Shown: positions 9,514 through 18,174 of the stretch, piece after piece
Layout: every line of letters starts with the position of its first letter
Numbering within the stretch: the first letter of the stretch is position 1
From: Gammaproteobacteria bacterium
Lineage (GTDB): Bacteria; Pseudomonadota; Gammaproteobacteria; G965277405
Direction: 5' to 3'
DNA length: 64,000 nucleotides
Assembly (NCBI GenBank): GCA_965277405.1
Contig: OZ255726.1
Span: forward strand, 960,001 to 1,024,000
Program-made: the position numbers and the translations under genes
The notes under the pieces: generated by a model
Told to the model about the DNA's origin: nothing
What the model saw: only the letters and a program-made list of their open reading frames with translations
The model's database searches: none

Positions 9514-10532
9514 GCGCAACTTTAACCCCTGTTATCACTTTGGCTGGCTTGAACGCGGTCTTTAACAGCCACAACAACGGGCTGGATGCCACCATAGCCG
9601 AAATCGCCTTAGGCGATGCGGCGTGGACGCCAGATAACACCGCAACTGCGCTACACAACGAAAAACGCCGCATACCCGTCAGCGGTGAACGCGTCAATAA
9701 CGCGCAGATTCACCTGACGGGGGTAGAAGATGGCAACGATTTGGAATATTGGGTGCGTGAACTCGGTTTCTACCTAGCCGACGGCACGTTGTTAGCCATT
9801 TGGAGTAATGATAACCAAGCACTGGCATATAAATCTGCTGGGGTTGATTTACTATTAGCTTTTGATTTGGCATTAACGGCACTACCGGCTGACAGCGTCA
9901 CGGTAGATGGTAGTGGCGGTTTTAACTTGCCACCTGCAACCAGCAGCAAGCGCGGCTTGATTCGCATCGCCACAGCTGCAGAAATAACCACAGGCAGCGC
10001 CACAGATGTCGCGGTTAATCCAGCCCAGTTAAATGCTATCTGGACAAAACACCGTGATGTATTGGGTGAGTTGAATGTCCACGGATCAATTAGAACGATT
10101 TTTCAAGGAAGGCTAATTCATTCAGGACCTCCTTATGAAGACGCCCCTTCGGGGTCAGGTGATTTTTCAAAAGGAGATAATAATGCAGGGGCGAGCACTA
10201 ACATATTTTTGCATTTGCGCACCCCAATGGAGGTGCCGCAACGTACCGGCATGTTTCGTTTTCATCTGTATGGTTATGCGTATGGTGCTGATAAAATCAT
10301 CGACGAACGTATAGCTGGATACTGCTATCCATCGGGGGTAAGGCATACCCATAGTGGAGGAGATTTATCACCTGCCGCTTACCAAGGATCTGACAATAAA
10401 ATTTATCTACGCATCTCGTTGACCAGTTCATATTACCTGACGCTCGCTGTGGATTCGCAAAAGGTAGCCATTGGGGCTGCATTTCAAAAAGGCAGCCTGC
10501 ATCCGATTATTTCAAAAGAGGAGACACTGTAA
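9510..10532 (+). CDS. Tail (collar) fibre protein
   Basis: ITLAGL, EIALGD, YWVRELGFYLADGTLLAIWS, PPATSSKRGLIRIATAAE..AVNPAQL; variable C-terminal domain. Confidence 0.88.
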   Translation: MSATLTPVITLAGLNAVFNSHNNGLDATIAEIALGDAAWTPDNTATALHNEKRRIPVSGERVNNAQIHLTGVEDGNDLEYWVRELGFYLADGTLLAIWSNDNQALAYKSAGVDLLLAFDLALTALPADSVTVDGSGGFNLPPATSSKRGLIRIATAAEITTGSATDVAVNPAQLNAIWTKHRDVLGELNVHGSIRTIFQGRLIHSGPPYEDAPSGSGDFSKGDNNAGASTNIFLHLRTPMEVPQRTGMFRFHLYGYAYGADKIIDERIAGYCYPSGVRHTHSGGDLSPAAYQGSDNKIYLRISLTSSYYLTLAVDSQKVAIGAAFQKGSLHPIISKEETL

Positions 10533-11056
10533 TGAGCATTGCCGTTTTAATTAATAAATCAATGGCTGCTGTGGTTGCTAATCCAAGTGATTTTATTGGG
10601 TTAAAAGAAACCATGATTAATGACGGAATACCCGCCGAAAATATCGAACTATCACTGGATGGCTTACGTGATTGGACAAAACAACAAGTTGTGCAGTTCA
10701 CCACAGCTACCCGCGCCAAAGCCGCAGGCCATGTCGACCCATACCAACTGGCAGGGTGGAACGATAAGGCACAACGCGCCGGGCGGCTACTTGCCAATGC
10801 CACCACTGACGCCGATACCGCCATCATCCAAGCAGAATGTGACAAGCGCGGCCAAGGCGAAACACCGCAACAACTCGCCCAAAAGCAAGCCGCCAAAGCG
10901 CAAGTACTAGCCACAGCGGTTGCCATTATTGACGGCATGGAATCGCAAGCATTGGCAGCCGTTCAAGGCAAACGTAGTGAAAACACCTTGGCGGCGTTGT
11001 TGGTAGCATTGGAAACTGCGGCAACGGTTGCCTTAGAACAAGTATTGCAACAGTAA
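10532..11056 (+). CDS. Probable tail fibre assembly/chaperone protein
   Basis: Coupled to fibre; W..K...A...L and AE...RG.GET...LA..Q..KA pattern. Confidence 0.6.
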   Translation: MSIAVLINKSMAAVVANPSDFIGLKETMINDGIPAENIELSLDGLRDWTKQQVVQFTTATRAKAAGHVDPYQLAGWNDKAQRAGRLLANATTDADTAIIQAECDKRGQGETPQQLAQKQAAKAQVLATAVAIIDGMESQALAAVQGKRSENTLAALLVALETAATVALEQVLQQ

Positions 11057-11106
11057 CCACAGGTATAGTTTTTTACCTGATAATATTTTTAAGTGGCAGG
11101 CAAACT
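11057..11106 (+). promoter_or_regulatory. Putative activator-dependent late promoter (copy 2)
   Basis: Same 24-bp dyad as 3016-3039, with CAAACT hexamer at the same 20-nt spacing, upstream of the sheath gene. Confidence 0.65.
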
Positions 11107-11158
11107 GTTGGACAAAGCAAATTGCTAATCCTAGCTTCCCTAACAGTGAGAAAATAGT

Positions 11159-12319
11159 ATGCCAGGACAATTCCTACACGGCGTTGAGGTTGTCGAGTTA
11201 AATGGCGGTGCCCGTCCTATCAGTACCGTTAAGAGTTCCGTAATAGGAATTATCGGCACAGCTCCAACCGCAGCTGCGGATAAATTCCCAATCAATACCC
11301 CTGTACTTGTTGCCGGTAGCCGTACCGCAGCAGCAGCATTAGGCACAAGTGGCACATTGCCGGCGGCAACCGACGCTATCTTTGACCAAGCAGGTGCAAT
11401 GATTGTAGTGATTCGTGTAGAGCAAGATGCAGACCCGGCGCAACAACTAGCTAATGTTATCGGCGGTGTTGATGCTGCCACCGGTCAATACCAAGGTGTG
11501 CAAGCCCTGCTTAGCTGCGAATCAGTGCTTGGTGTTGCCCCAAAGATGCTGATTGTTCCAGGTTTCACCGACCAGCAAGCAGTTGTAGCTGAAATGCTCG
11601 GCATTGCAGACCGCCTCCGCGCTATCATTATCGCCGATGGCCCCAGCACTAACGATGCAGACGTGATTGCCTACCGGCAAAACTTTGGTTCTGGTCGTGT
11701 TTACATCGTAGACCCCGCCGCGCGTGTCTTCGACACAGTGTCGGCTACCGAAGTTAACCAACCTATGAGTCCCCGCGTCGCCGGACTGATTGCCCGTTCT
11801 GATAATGACCGTGGGTTTTGGTGGTCGCCATCGAATCAAGAAATTTATGGCATTGTCGGCACAGAACGCGCTATCGATTTTACCTTGGGTGATAGTAACG
11901 CCCGCGCCAACCATTTGAATGAAAACGCAGTGGCTACGGTTATCCAAAAAACTGGTTTTCGACTTTGGGGCAACCGCACTTGTGCTAGCGACCCTAAATG
12001 GGCGTTTCTTTCAGTGCGCCGCACCGCAGACCTGATCAACGAAAGCTTGTTAAAAGCACACTTATGGGCAGTCGATCAAAACATTACTAAGACCTATCTT
12101 GAAGACGTTAGCGAAGGTGTCAACGCCTATCTGCGCGACCTGCAGGCTATCGGTGCCATTATCGGCGGTCAGTGCTGGGCAGACCCAGAACTAAACACAC
12201 CTGCAAACATTTCACAGGGTAAAGTCTTTTTTGATTTTGACTTCACCCCGCCGTATCCAGCTGAACACATTACCTTCCGCTCCAGCCTAGTTAATGACTA
12301 CCTTGAGGAGATTCTCTGA
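11159..12319 (+). CDS. Contractile tail sheath (P2 FI)
   Basis: FLHGVEV, GFWWSPSN, GFRLWGNRT, DFTPPYPAEHITF. Confidence 0.96.
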   Translation: MPGQFLHGVEVVELNGGARPISTVKSSVIGIIGTAPTAAADKFPINTPVLVAGSRTAAAALGTSGTLPAATDAIFDQAGAMIVVIRVEQDADPAQQLANVIGGVDAATGQYQGVQALLSCESVLGVAPKMLIVPGFTDQQAVVAEMLGIADRLRAIIIADGPSTNDADVIAYRQNFGSGRVYIVDPAARVFDTVSATEVNQPMSPRVAGLIARSDNDRGFWWSPSNQEIYGIVGTERAIDFTLGDSNARANHLNENAVATVIQKTGFRLWGNRTCASDPKWAFLSVRRTADLINESLLKAHLWAVDQNITKTYLEDVSEGVNAYLRDLQAIGAIIGGQCWADPELNTPANISQGKVFFDFDFTPPYPAEHITFRSSLVNDYLEEIL

Positions 12320-12825
12320 TGTTCCCAACCACCTTAAAAAACATGAACCTGTATATCGACGGTAAAGGATATGCTGGGGTCATCGAAGAAATAACCCTGC
12401 CAAAATTAACTATTAAGGCGGAAGAGTTTCGCGCTGGTGGCATGGACGCGCCGATTAAAATAGATATGGGCATGGAACACCTCGAAACAGTTTTTACCCT
12501 AAAAGCATTCGACAAACAAACCCTAAAGCATTTTGGTTTAGGTAATGGTAATCGCGTTGCTATGAATATCCGCGGCGGGATGTGCTCAGATGAAGATGGC
12601 GCTGAATTTGCTGTTGTTATTAAACTGCAAGGCATGATCACGGAAATGGACTTTGGCACTTGGAAAGCTGGTGAAAGTGCCAGTGTCAAAGCTACCGTTG
12701 CGTTACGCTATTACAATTTAAATGTCGCTGGTGACGAAGTCCACGAAATAGACATTAACAACATGGTGCGCAAAATCGACGGCGTAGACCAATTAGCACT
12801 TACCCGCAAAAACATTGGTTTATAA
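12319..12825 (+). CDS. Tail tube (P2 FII)
   Basis: LKNMNLYIDG, TLPKL, RAGGMD, DFGTWKAGE, EIDINNM..IDGVDQL. Confidence 0.95.
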   Translation: MFPTTLKNMNLYIDGKGYAGVIEEITLPKLTIKAEEFRAGGMDAPIKIDMGMEHLETVFTLKAFDKQTLKHFGLGNGNRVAMNIRGGMCSDEDGAEFAVVIKLQGMITEMDFGTWKAGESASVKATVALRYYNLNVAGDEVHEIDINNMVRKIDGVDQLALTRKNIGL

Positions 12826-12833
12826 CGGGGTTA

Positions 12834-13025
12834 GTGATGCCGACCAACAACAAAGATTATTTTATAATTAAACCGCTGGTCCACAACAACCAGCCGTATC
12901 CAAGCGGTGCGCGGCTATCGCTAAGCCAGATTGAAGCACAGTTTTTAGTATTAGCTGGAAAGATCAGCTTGAACAACCCACAACCAAAGCAAGGAAAAAC
13001 CCATGTCAAACATAATCAAACTTAG
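12834..13025 (+). CDS. Small hypothetical phage protein
   Basis: 63-aa ORF filling the tube-chaperone gap. Confidence 0.5.
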   Translation: MMPTNNKDYFIIKPLVHNNQPYPSGARLSLSQIEAQFLVLAGKISLNNPQPKQGKTHVKHNQT

Positions 13026-13245
13026 ATTTCCAATTGAATCTGAAGGCCAAACAGTTGCAGAGGTTACCCTGCGCCGACCAACAGTTGGCGATATGCTCCA
13101 CGCAGACAGAGCCAAAGGCAGCGATGCAGACAAAGAGATTAAGATGTTCTCAAACCTGACGGAATTGTCGTTGACCGCTATCGAATCGCTAGATTTGGCA
13201 GATTACCAGCAGCTACAAAAGGAATATCAAGATTTTTTGTCCTAA
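13003..13245 (+). CDS. Tail assembly chaperone (P2 gpE-like)
   Basis: LRFPI, VTLRRPTVGD, LDLADYQQLQ..FLS. Confidence 0.9.
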   Translation: MSNIIKLRFPIESEGQTVAEVTLRRPTVGDMLHADRAKGSDADKEIKMFSNLTELSLTAIESLDLADYQQLQKEYQDFLS

Positions 13246-13370
13246 GCGCCAAAGACATTAGAAAAGCATGTTTTTTGCTGGCAACACACACAGGTTGGGC
13301 GCTTTGCGCAATGCTATCTTGGACAGCCGAAGAGTTAATGCTTTGGCTTGAGGAGATACCTAAAAAGTGA
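13233..13370 (+). other. Programmed -1 frameshift site (T TTT TTG) and E' extension
   Basis: Slippery TTTTTTG at 13233-13239; -1 frame reads VLSAKDIRKACFLLATHTGW..SWTAEELMLWLEEIPKK* (stop 13368-13370). Confidence 0.85.
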
Positions 13371-13580
13371 AAATAGTGGTTGCAGCAATGGGCTGCATAT
13401 TAGCACCGCAGGGAGGAGCAGTATGGCCCAAAAGATGAAAGCGGCGCCCACCATACCCAAGCAGCTACCGACACCTGCAACGTGATACTCACTAGCGTGT
13501 AAAACTAATACCAGGCACGCTATATAAAAAAATACGGCGAATATTGTTGAATCGTCTATATTGTTCAGGAACTTTTTCAT
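13335..13580 (-). CDS. Counter-oriented small membrane protein (moron-like)
   Basis: 81 aa with two hydrophobic segments; occupies the gap between E' and tape measure. Confidence 0.5.
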   Translation of the reverse strand: MKKFLNNIDDSTIFAVFFYIACLVLVLHASEYHVAGVGSCLGMVGAAFIFWAILLLPAVLICSPLLQPLFSLFRYLLKPKH

Positions 13581-13581
13581 A

Positions 13582-16251
13582 ATGGGAAAAAAATTAGCAG
13601 TCAGCGTTGTCATCGGTGCCGTCCTTGGGAAGAAGTATTTTAGCACATTTGATAGTGCTCAACAAAAAGTATTAAAATTAGGCAAGGCATTTAATGATAC
13701 CGATAAAAAGCTGCGCTCGGCTAATGGTGTTATTAAATATCGAGACTTATTACAACAACTCAAGAATAAACAAGACGCAGCAGGTGGTAGCAATACAAAA
13801 TTAGCCGCTGGCATACGAGAGGTAGCAGCAAGATACAACAAGGCAAAAAAAGAAGCCAAAGGATACGGACTATCGATCGGCAGTATCGTTAGAGAACAAC
13901 AAAAATTGGGCAGGGAAACAACCCAACTCACGGCAAAAATCAACCGTTTAAACAAAGCCCAAGCAGCAAAACAACGGCTTGGCGGCATGAAAACTCGTGC
14001 GCTAGGGGCACTCGGCCTTGCCTATGGCGCGGGAAGGATTATTGGTAAATCTTTCGATCTAGAAGATAAAAAACATCAATTAGGGGACGTTATCACGGGT
14101 GAAAATAGAGAGGAAAGGTTAAATAAATCACTGCAACATGCCAAGGCATTTGCAAGAAAATCATTGGCGAGTGAAACAGATATATTAGAGATAGATTACT
14201 CGCTACGCTCTTCTGGCCTGGATGATCAAGCCGCCCAATTTGGTTCTGAAATAGTAGCTAAGGTTGCCTCTGTTACCAAAGGTTCCGCTGCTGATGTTGG
14301 TTTTATTATTGGCGATATTTTTACCAATATGGGGGATAAACTAGAGGGTTCTACAGAAGAAAGACTAACGCGTATCGGCGATATTTTAACAAAAACTAAA
14401 AACCTTTTTTCTATCAAAGATTTTAACCAATTAGGTGGAGGCTTAAAAGAAGGCTTATCTGCGGCGCTTGCCAACAACATTTCTTTAGAGCAAACCGCCG
14501 CCCTTATTGGTCAGATCAACAACGGGATGTTAAAAGGTTCACAAGCCGGCACTGGTTTAAATGCGCTGCTGCGCCAGCTACCCAAAGCTGCAGAAGATAT
14601 AGATTTCAGTATTGTTCGGGATGAAACCGGCGCGCTAGATACCATTGCCACGTTAGAAAATTTGCAAGATGCTACGGAATTTATCACAGACCCTGATGAA
14701 AAAGCGGTGTTGTTACAACAGGCATTTGGAGATGAAGGCAAAAAAGCAGTGATTCCATTACTGGCTAATTTAGCTGCGTTGAAGAAAAATTTTATTGCTG
14801 TCCGCGATACGGCTACGGGTACTTTTGAAGAGGGGTATCAACGGCGGGTAAATTCAGCATCAGGGCAATGGACAATGTTCAACCAGAACCTATCTACCGT
14901 TGGTACAACACTCACTAACACTTTGCTCCCCGCCATAAATTGGCTGCTAACCCCAATTGCTAAAGTGATGGGCTGGGTGGGGAGTATGATCGAGAAATTC
15001 CCCATTGTTGGCTGGGTGCTTGGTTCTCTTGCTGCGGGTTTTATAGTTTCTGCAACAGCAATGGGTATATTTACGGCGGCGCAATGGCTGTGGAATAGCT
15101 CAATGGTAACAGGGTACGGCAACCTATTAAAAACAGTTGGGGGCTTGCTTTGGGCAGGAACAATTTACGCCGCATCAGCGGTGAAGGTGGGGGTTTTAAC
15201 GGCGGCGCAATGGTTGTGGAATATCGCCTTAAACGCCAACCCAATAGGCTTAATCGTAGCCGGCATAGCCCTTGTTGTCGGCGGAGCGTATGCACTTTAT
15301 AAAAACTGGGACACAGTTACCGCTTGGTTTAACACCGTACTCGAGGGTATTGGTGAGAAATTCGCGTGGGTTGGTGAGTTATGGAACAGCGTATTTGGTG
15401 ATGGTGACGCCGAAAAAAAAGTTACTATCACCAAGAATACCACAGAAAATACTAGGCGTAATCCTAGTAATCCAAGGCAAGGGCGTAATCCAAGGCAAGG
15501 GCGTAATCCAAGGCAAGGGATTATTCCAAAGCAAGGGATTATTCCAAAGCAAGGGATTATTCCAAGGCAAGGGCTTAATTCAAAGCAAGGGCGTAACCCA
15601 AGGCAAGGGCTTATCCCAAAGCAAGGGCTTATTCCAAGGCAAGGGATTATTCCAAGGCAAGGGATTATTCCAAAGCAAGGGCTTATTCCAAAGCAAGGGA
15701 TTATTCCAAAGCAAGGGCTTATCCCAAAGCAAGGGCGTAATCCAAGGCAAGGGATTATTCCAAGGCAAGGGATTATTCCAAAGCAAGGGATTATTCCAAA
15801 GCAAGGGATTATTCCAAAGCAAGGGATTATTCCAAAGCAAGGGCTTAATTCAAAGCAAGGGCTTAATTCAAAGCAAGGGCTTAATTCAAAGCAAGGGCTT
15901 AATTCAAAGCAAGGGCTTAATTCAAAGCAAGGGCTTATCCCAAAGCAAGGGCTTATCCCAAAGCAAGGGCGTAATTCAAAGCTAAAACACAGTATCGGCC
16001 ATGTCGTTGCCAAACCGAAAGCATCGCTCGCAGATCATCCAGCTATTAAAAATAAAATTACCCCATACGAAAAAAGAAATGTTACTAACAACAATAGCGT
16101 TCATGCGCCGATAACTATTAATGTCCCAAAAGGTACCGACCCTATCGAAGTTGGCAAAGAAGTTGATAGACAGCTGCAAGAACGCGAATACCAAGCCAAA
16201 GTGCAACAACGGTCAGCTTTGTACGATTACCAAGAATACGCAATCCCATGA
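13582..16251 (+). CDS. Tape measure protein with hexapeptide repeat insertion
   Basis: KGSQAGTGL core, AAQWLWN.A..ANPIGLIVAGIA..LYKNWD, C-terminal APITINV; position between E and U. Confidence 0.93.
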   Translation: MGKKLAVSVVIGAVLGKKYFSTFDSAQQKVLKLGKAFNDTDKKLRSANGVIKYRDLLQQLKNKQDAAGGSNTKLAAGIREVAARYNKAKKEAKGYGLSIGSIVREQQKLGRETTQLTAKINRLNKAQAAKQRLGGMKTRALGALGLAYGAGRIIGKSFDLEDKKHQLGDVITGENREERLNKSLQHAKAFARKSLASETDILEIDYSLRSSGLDDQAAQFGSEIVAKVASVTKGSAADVGFIIGDIFTNMGDKLEGSTEERLTRIGDILTKTKNLFSIKDFNQLGGGLKEGLSAALANNISLEQTAALIGQINNGMLKGSQAGTGLNALLRQLPKAAEDIDFSIVRDETGALDTIATLENLQDATEFITDPDEKAVLLQQAFGDEGKKAVIPLLANLAALKKNFIAVRDTATGTFEEGYQRRVNSASGQWTMFNQNLSTVGTTLTNTLLPAINWLLTPIAKVMGWVGSMIEKFPIVGWVLGSLAAGFIVSATAMGIFTAAQWLWNSSMVTGYGNLLKTVGGLLWAGTIYAASAVKVGVLTAAQWLWNIALNANPIGLIVAGIALVVGGAYALYKNWDTVTAWFNTVLEGIGEKFAWVGELWNSVFGDGDAEKKVTITKNTTENTRRNPSNPRQGRNPRQGRNPRQGIIPKQGIIPKQGIIPRQGLNSKQGRNPRQGLIPKQGLIPRQGIIPRQGIIPKQGLIPKQGIIPKQGLIPKQGRNPRQGIIPRQGIIPKQGIIPKQGIIPKQGIIPKQGLNSKQGLNSKQGLNSKQGLNSKQGLNSKQGLIPKQGLIPKQGRNSKLKHSIGHVVAKPKASLADHPAIKNKITPYEKRNVTNNNSVHAPITINVPKGTDPIEVGKEVDRQLQEREYQAKVQQRSALYDYQEYAIP
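15472..15975 (+). repeat. 18-bp minisatellite, 28 copies, encoding (P/S)(K/R)QG(I/L/R)(I/N)
   Basis: Unit YCAARGCAAGGG plus a variable hexamer (mainly ATTATT/CTTAAT/CGTAAT/CTTATY); counted from DNA and translation. Confidence 0.97.
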
Positions 16252-16670
16252 TGCTGCTATTGGGGGATTATCGTTTTAGCGTCGACACAGCCGCATACCA
16301 GTCTAAATCAAGATCAACGTCTTTTCGCTGGGGCAAACAACAGCGGTTAACCACGCAACCCGCGTTGCAGTTTATTGGCCCAGGTGACGACACCATCAGT
16401 ATCCAAGGGGTTATCTTGCCACACTATAAGGGGAGCTTGGGACAAGTTGAATCGATGCGGAATACAGCTGAAAAGGGCGAAGCATTGCTGTTAATTGAAG
16501 GCAGTGGCAAAGTGCTGGGTCACTGGGTGATTGAAACTATTACCGAAAACCAAGATACTTTTTTTAAAGACGGAACCCCTCGACGCATCAATTTTACTTT
16601 GGAACTTCGCAAAGATGAAGACCCCAAAAAAGACAGTGTCAATGACCTTGCAACGGCCGCACCAGCATGA
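16248..16670 (+). CDS. Tail protein U (P2 gpU)
   Basis: LGDYRFSVDTAAYQ, PALQFIGPG, GHWVIETI, DGTPRRINFTL. Confidence 0.93.
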   Translation: MMLLLGDYRFSVDTAAYQSKSRSTSFRWGKQQRLTTQPALQFIGPGDDTISIQGVILPHYKGSLGQVESMRNTAEKGEALLLIEGSGKVLGHWVIETITENQDTFFKDGTPRRINFTLELRKDEDPKKDSVNDLATAAPA

Positions 16671-16870
16671 AATACCGCACAGTAAGCGGGCAAAGCCTTG
16701 ATGAAATCGTGTGGCAGCATTACGGCAACATACCCGGCGCAGTTGAAGTTGTTTTAGCAGCCAACCGCGGACTAGCTGACCACGGCGCCATTCTTCCCAG
16801 CGGTCTGCTTATTGATTTGCCAAACTACCAACCACCAAAGCCAAGCCGAGGAATCCGCTTGTGGGACTAA
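16667..16870 (+). CDS. Tail protein X (P2 gpX)
   Basis: YRT..G..LD.I.W.HYG, VLAANRGLA, IRLWD. Confidence 0.93.
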   Translation: MKYRTVSGQSLDEIVWQHYGNIPGAVEVVLAANRGLADHGAILPSGLLIDLPNYQPPKPSRGIRLWD

Positions 16871-17865
16871 CACCGGCGTTTAAAGTTGTTGCTGAATCCC
16901 ATGATATTACCAGCAAAATCAGCGACAGATTATTAAGCCTAACAATTACCGATAATGCTGGTATCAAGTCGGATACGGTTGAAATCAGCTTAGATGACAA
17001 AGACCATCAACTTATGTTACCACGTACCGGTGCAGAATTGGCAGTGTATTTAGGTTACAAAGAAACCAGCGTTGCCCAAATGGGGCTGTATCTAGTCGAT
17101 GAAATCGAAATTCAAGGACCAGCCAACGTCTTATGTATACGTGGCAAAGCCGCCAACACCAACAAAGGCTTGCAACAACCCAAAACCCGAACATGGCAAA
17201 AGCCCGGCAAAACACCCACGCGAATATTGCTACAAGAAATTTTAGCAAGTATCGCAGCTGAGCACAGCTTAACGCCCAAACTTGGAGAAGATTTTGCAAC
17301 GCTAGCGTATGACGTAGTCAACCAGACCAACGAAAGCGACTTAAACCTATTGACCCGATTGAGCGGCAAAGAAGGAGCAATTGCCAAACCCGCCAGCGGC
17401 TTCCTGCTATTCGTCAAAAAAGGCGAAGCCAAAACCGCCAGCGGTGCAGTTATTCCAGCAATTTCTTTAACCCCCAAGGAAGTAACTGACTGGCGAGTGT
17501 CCCTTGTTGAGCGCGGGGCGTATGCCAGCGTAACAGCAAAATACCGCGATAAAGCCCAGTCGCAACAAATCGAAGTGCGCACAGGCAACGAAGAACCAAC
17601 GTATACTATCCGCAAATTGTTCAAAGATAAGACAGAGGCAAGCAAAGCGGCAACTGCCCAACTTGAAAACTTTCAACGCGGCAAGTCTACAGTCAGCCTG
17701 CAATTACCCGGCAACCCGGTAATCATGGCCGAAGCAGCACTAAAGCTATCTAGTTTCCGCGACGGCGTGAACGGAACATGGATTGTCGAGACAGCAACAC
17801 ATACATTTAATAACAGTGGCTATTCTGTCATACTAACAGGTACCGCCAAAAAAGCATCAAAGTAA
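16861..17865 (+). CDS. Baseplate hub / late control protein D (P2 gpD)
   Basis: DRLLSLTITDNAG..SD, VYLGY, QTNESDLNLLTRL, GTWIVETATH. Confidence 0.93.
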   Translation: MGLTPAFKVVAESHDITSKISDRLLSLTITDNAGIKSDTVEISLDDKDHQLMLPRTGAELAVYLGYKETSVAQMGLYLVDEIEIQGPANVLCIRGKAANTNKGLQQPKTRTWQKPGKTPTRILLQEILASIAAEHSLTPKLGEDFATLAYDVVNQTNESDLNLLTRLSGKEGAIAKPASGFLLFVKKGEAKTASGAVIPAISLTPKEVTDWRVSLVERGAYASVTAKYRDKAQSQQIEVRTGNEEPTYTIRKLFKDKTEASKAATAQLENFQRGKSTVSLQLPGNPVIMAEAALKLSSFRDGVNGTWIVETATHTFNNSGYSVILTGTAKKASK

Positions 17866-17877
17866 TTTAAAATACCA

Positions 17878-18054
<177 letters not shown>

Positions 18055-18174
18055 TAATAATCGAGATACTAGCAAAGTATTGTGTATTTCCCATATACAA
18101 TTTGGTTATATTAGCGCACCGATGCTATCACGTTGTATTCGATAGTGAAATTATGTTTTTTATGAGTAGTAGGT

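Noticed and set aside
12984-12995. CCAAAGCAAGGA similar to the minisatellite unit
   Set aside because: Single short match that doubles as the gpE ribosome-binding site; likely chance
15472-15975. CRISPR array or replication iterons
   Set aside because: No unique spacers, no cas or rep gene, and the array is in frame within a gene
15272-16013. Long alternative-frame and antisense ORFs (QSKGLF, PCFGII, WNNPLL repeats)
   Set aside because: By-products of an 18-bp unit lacking stops in several frames; only the tape-measure frame extends into recognisable protein
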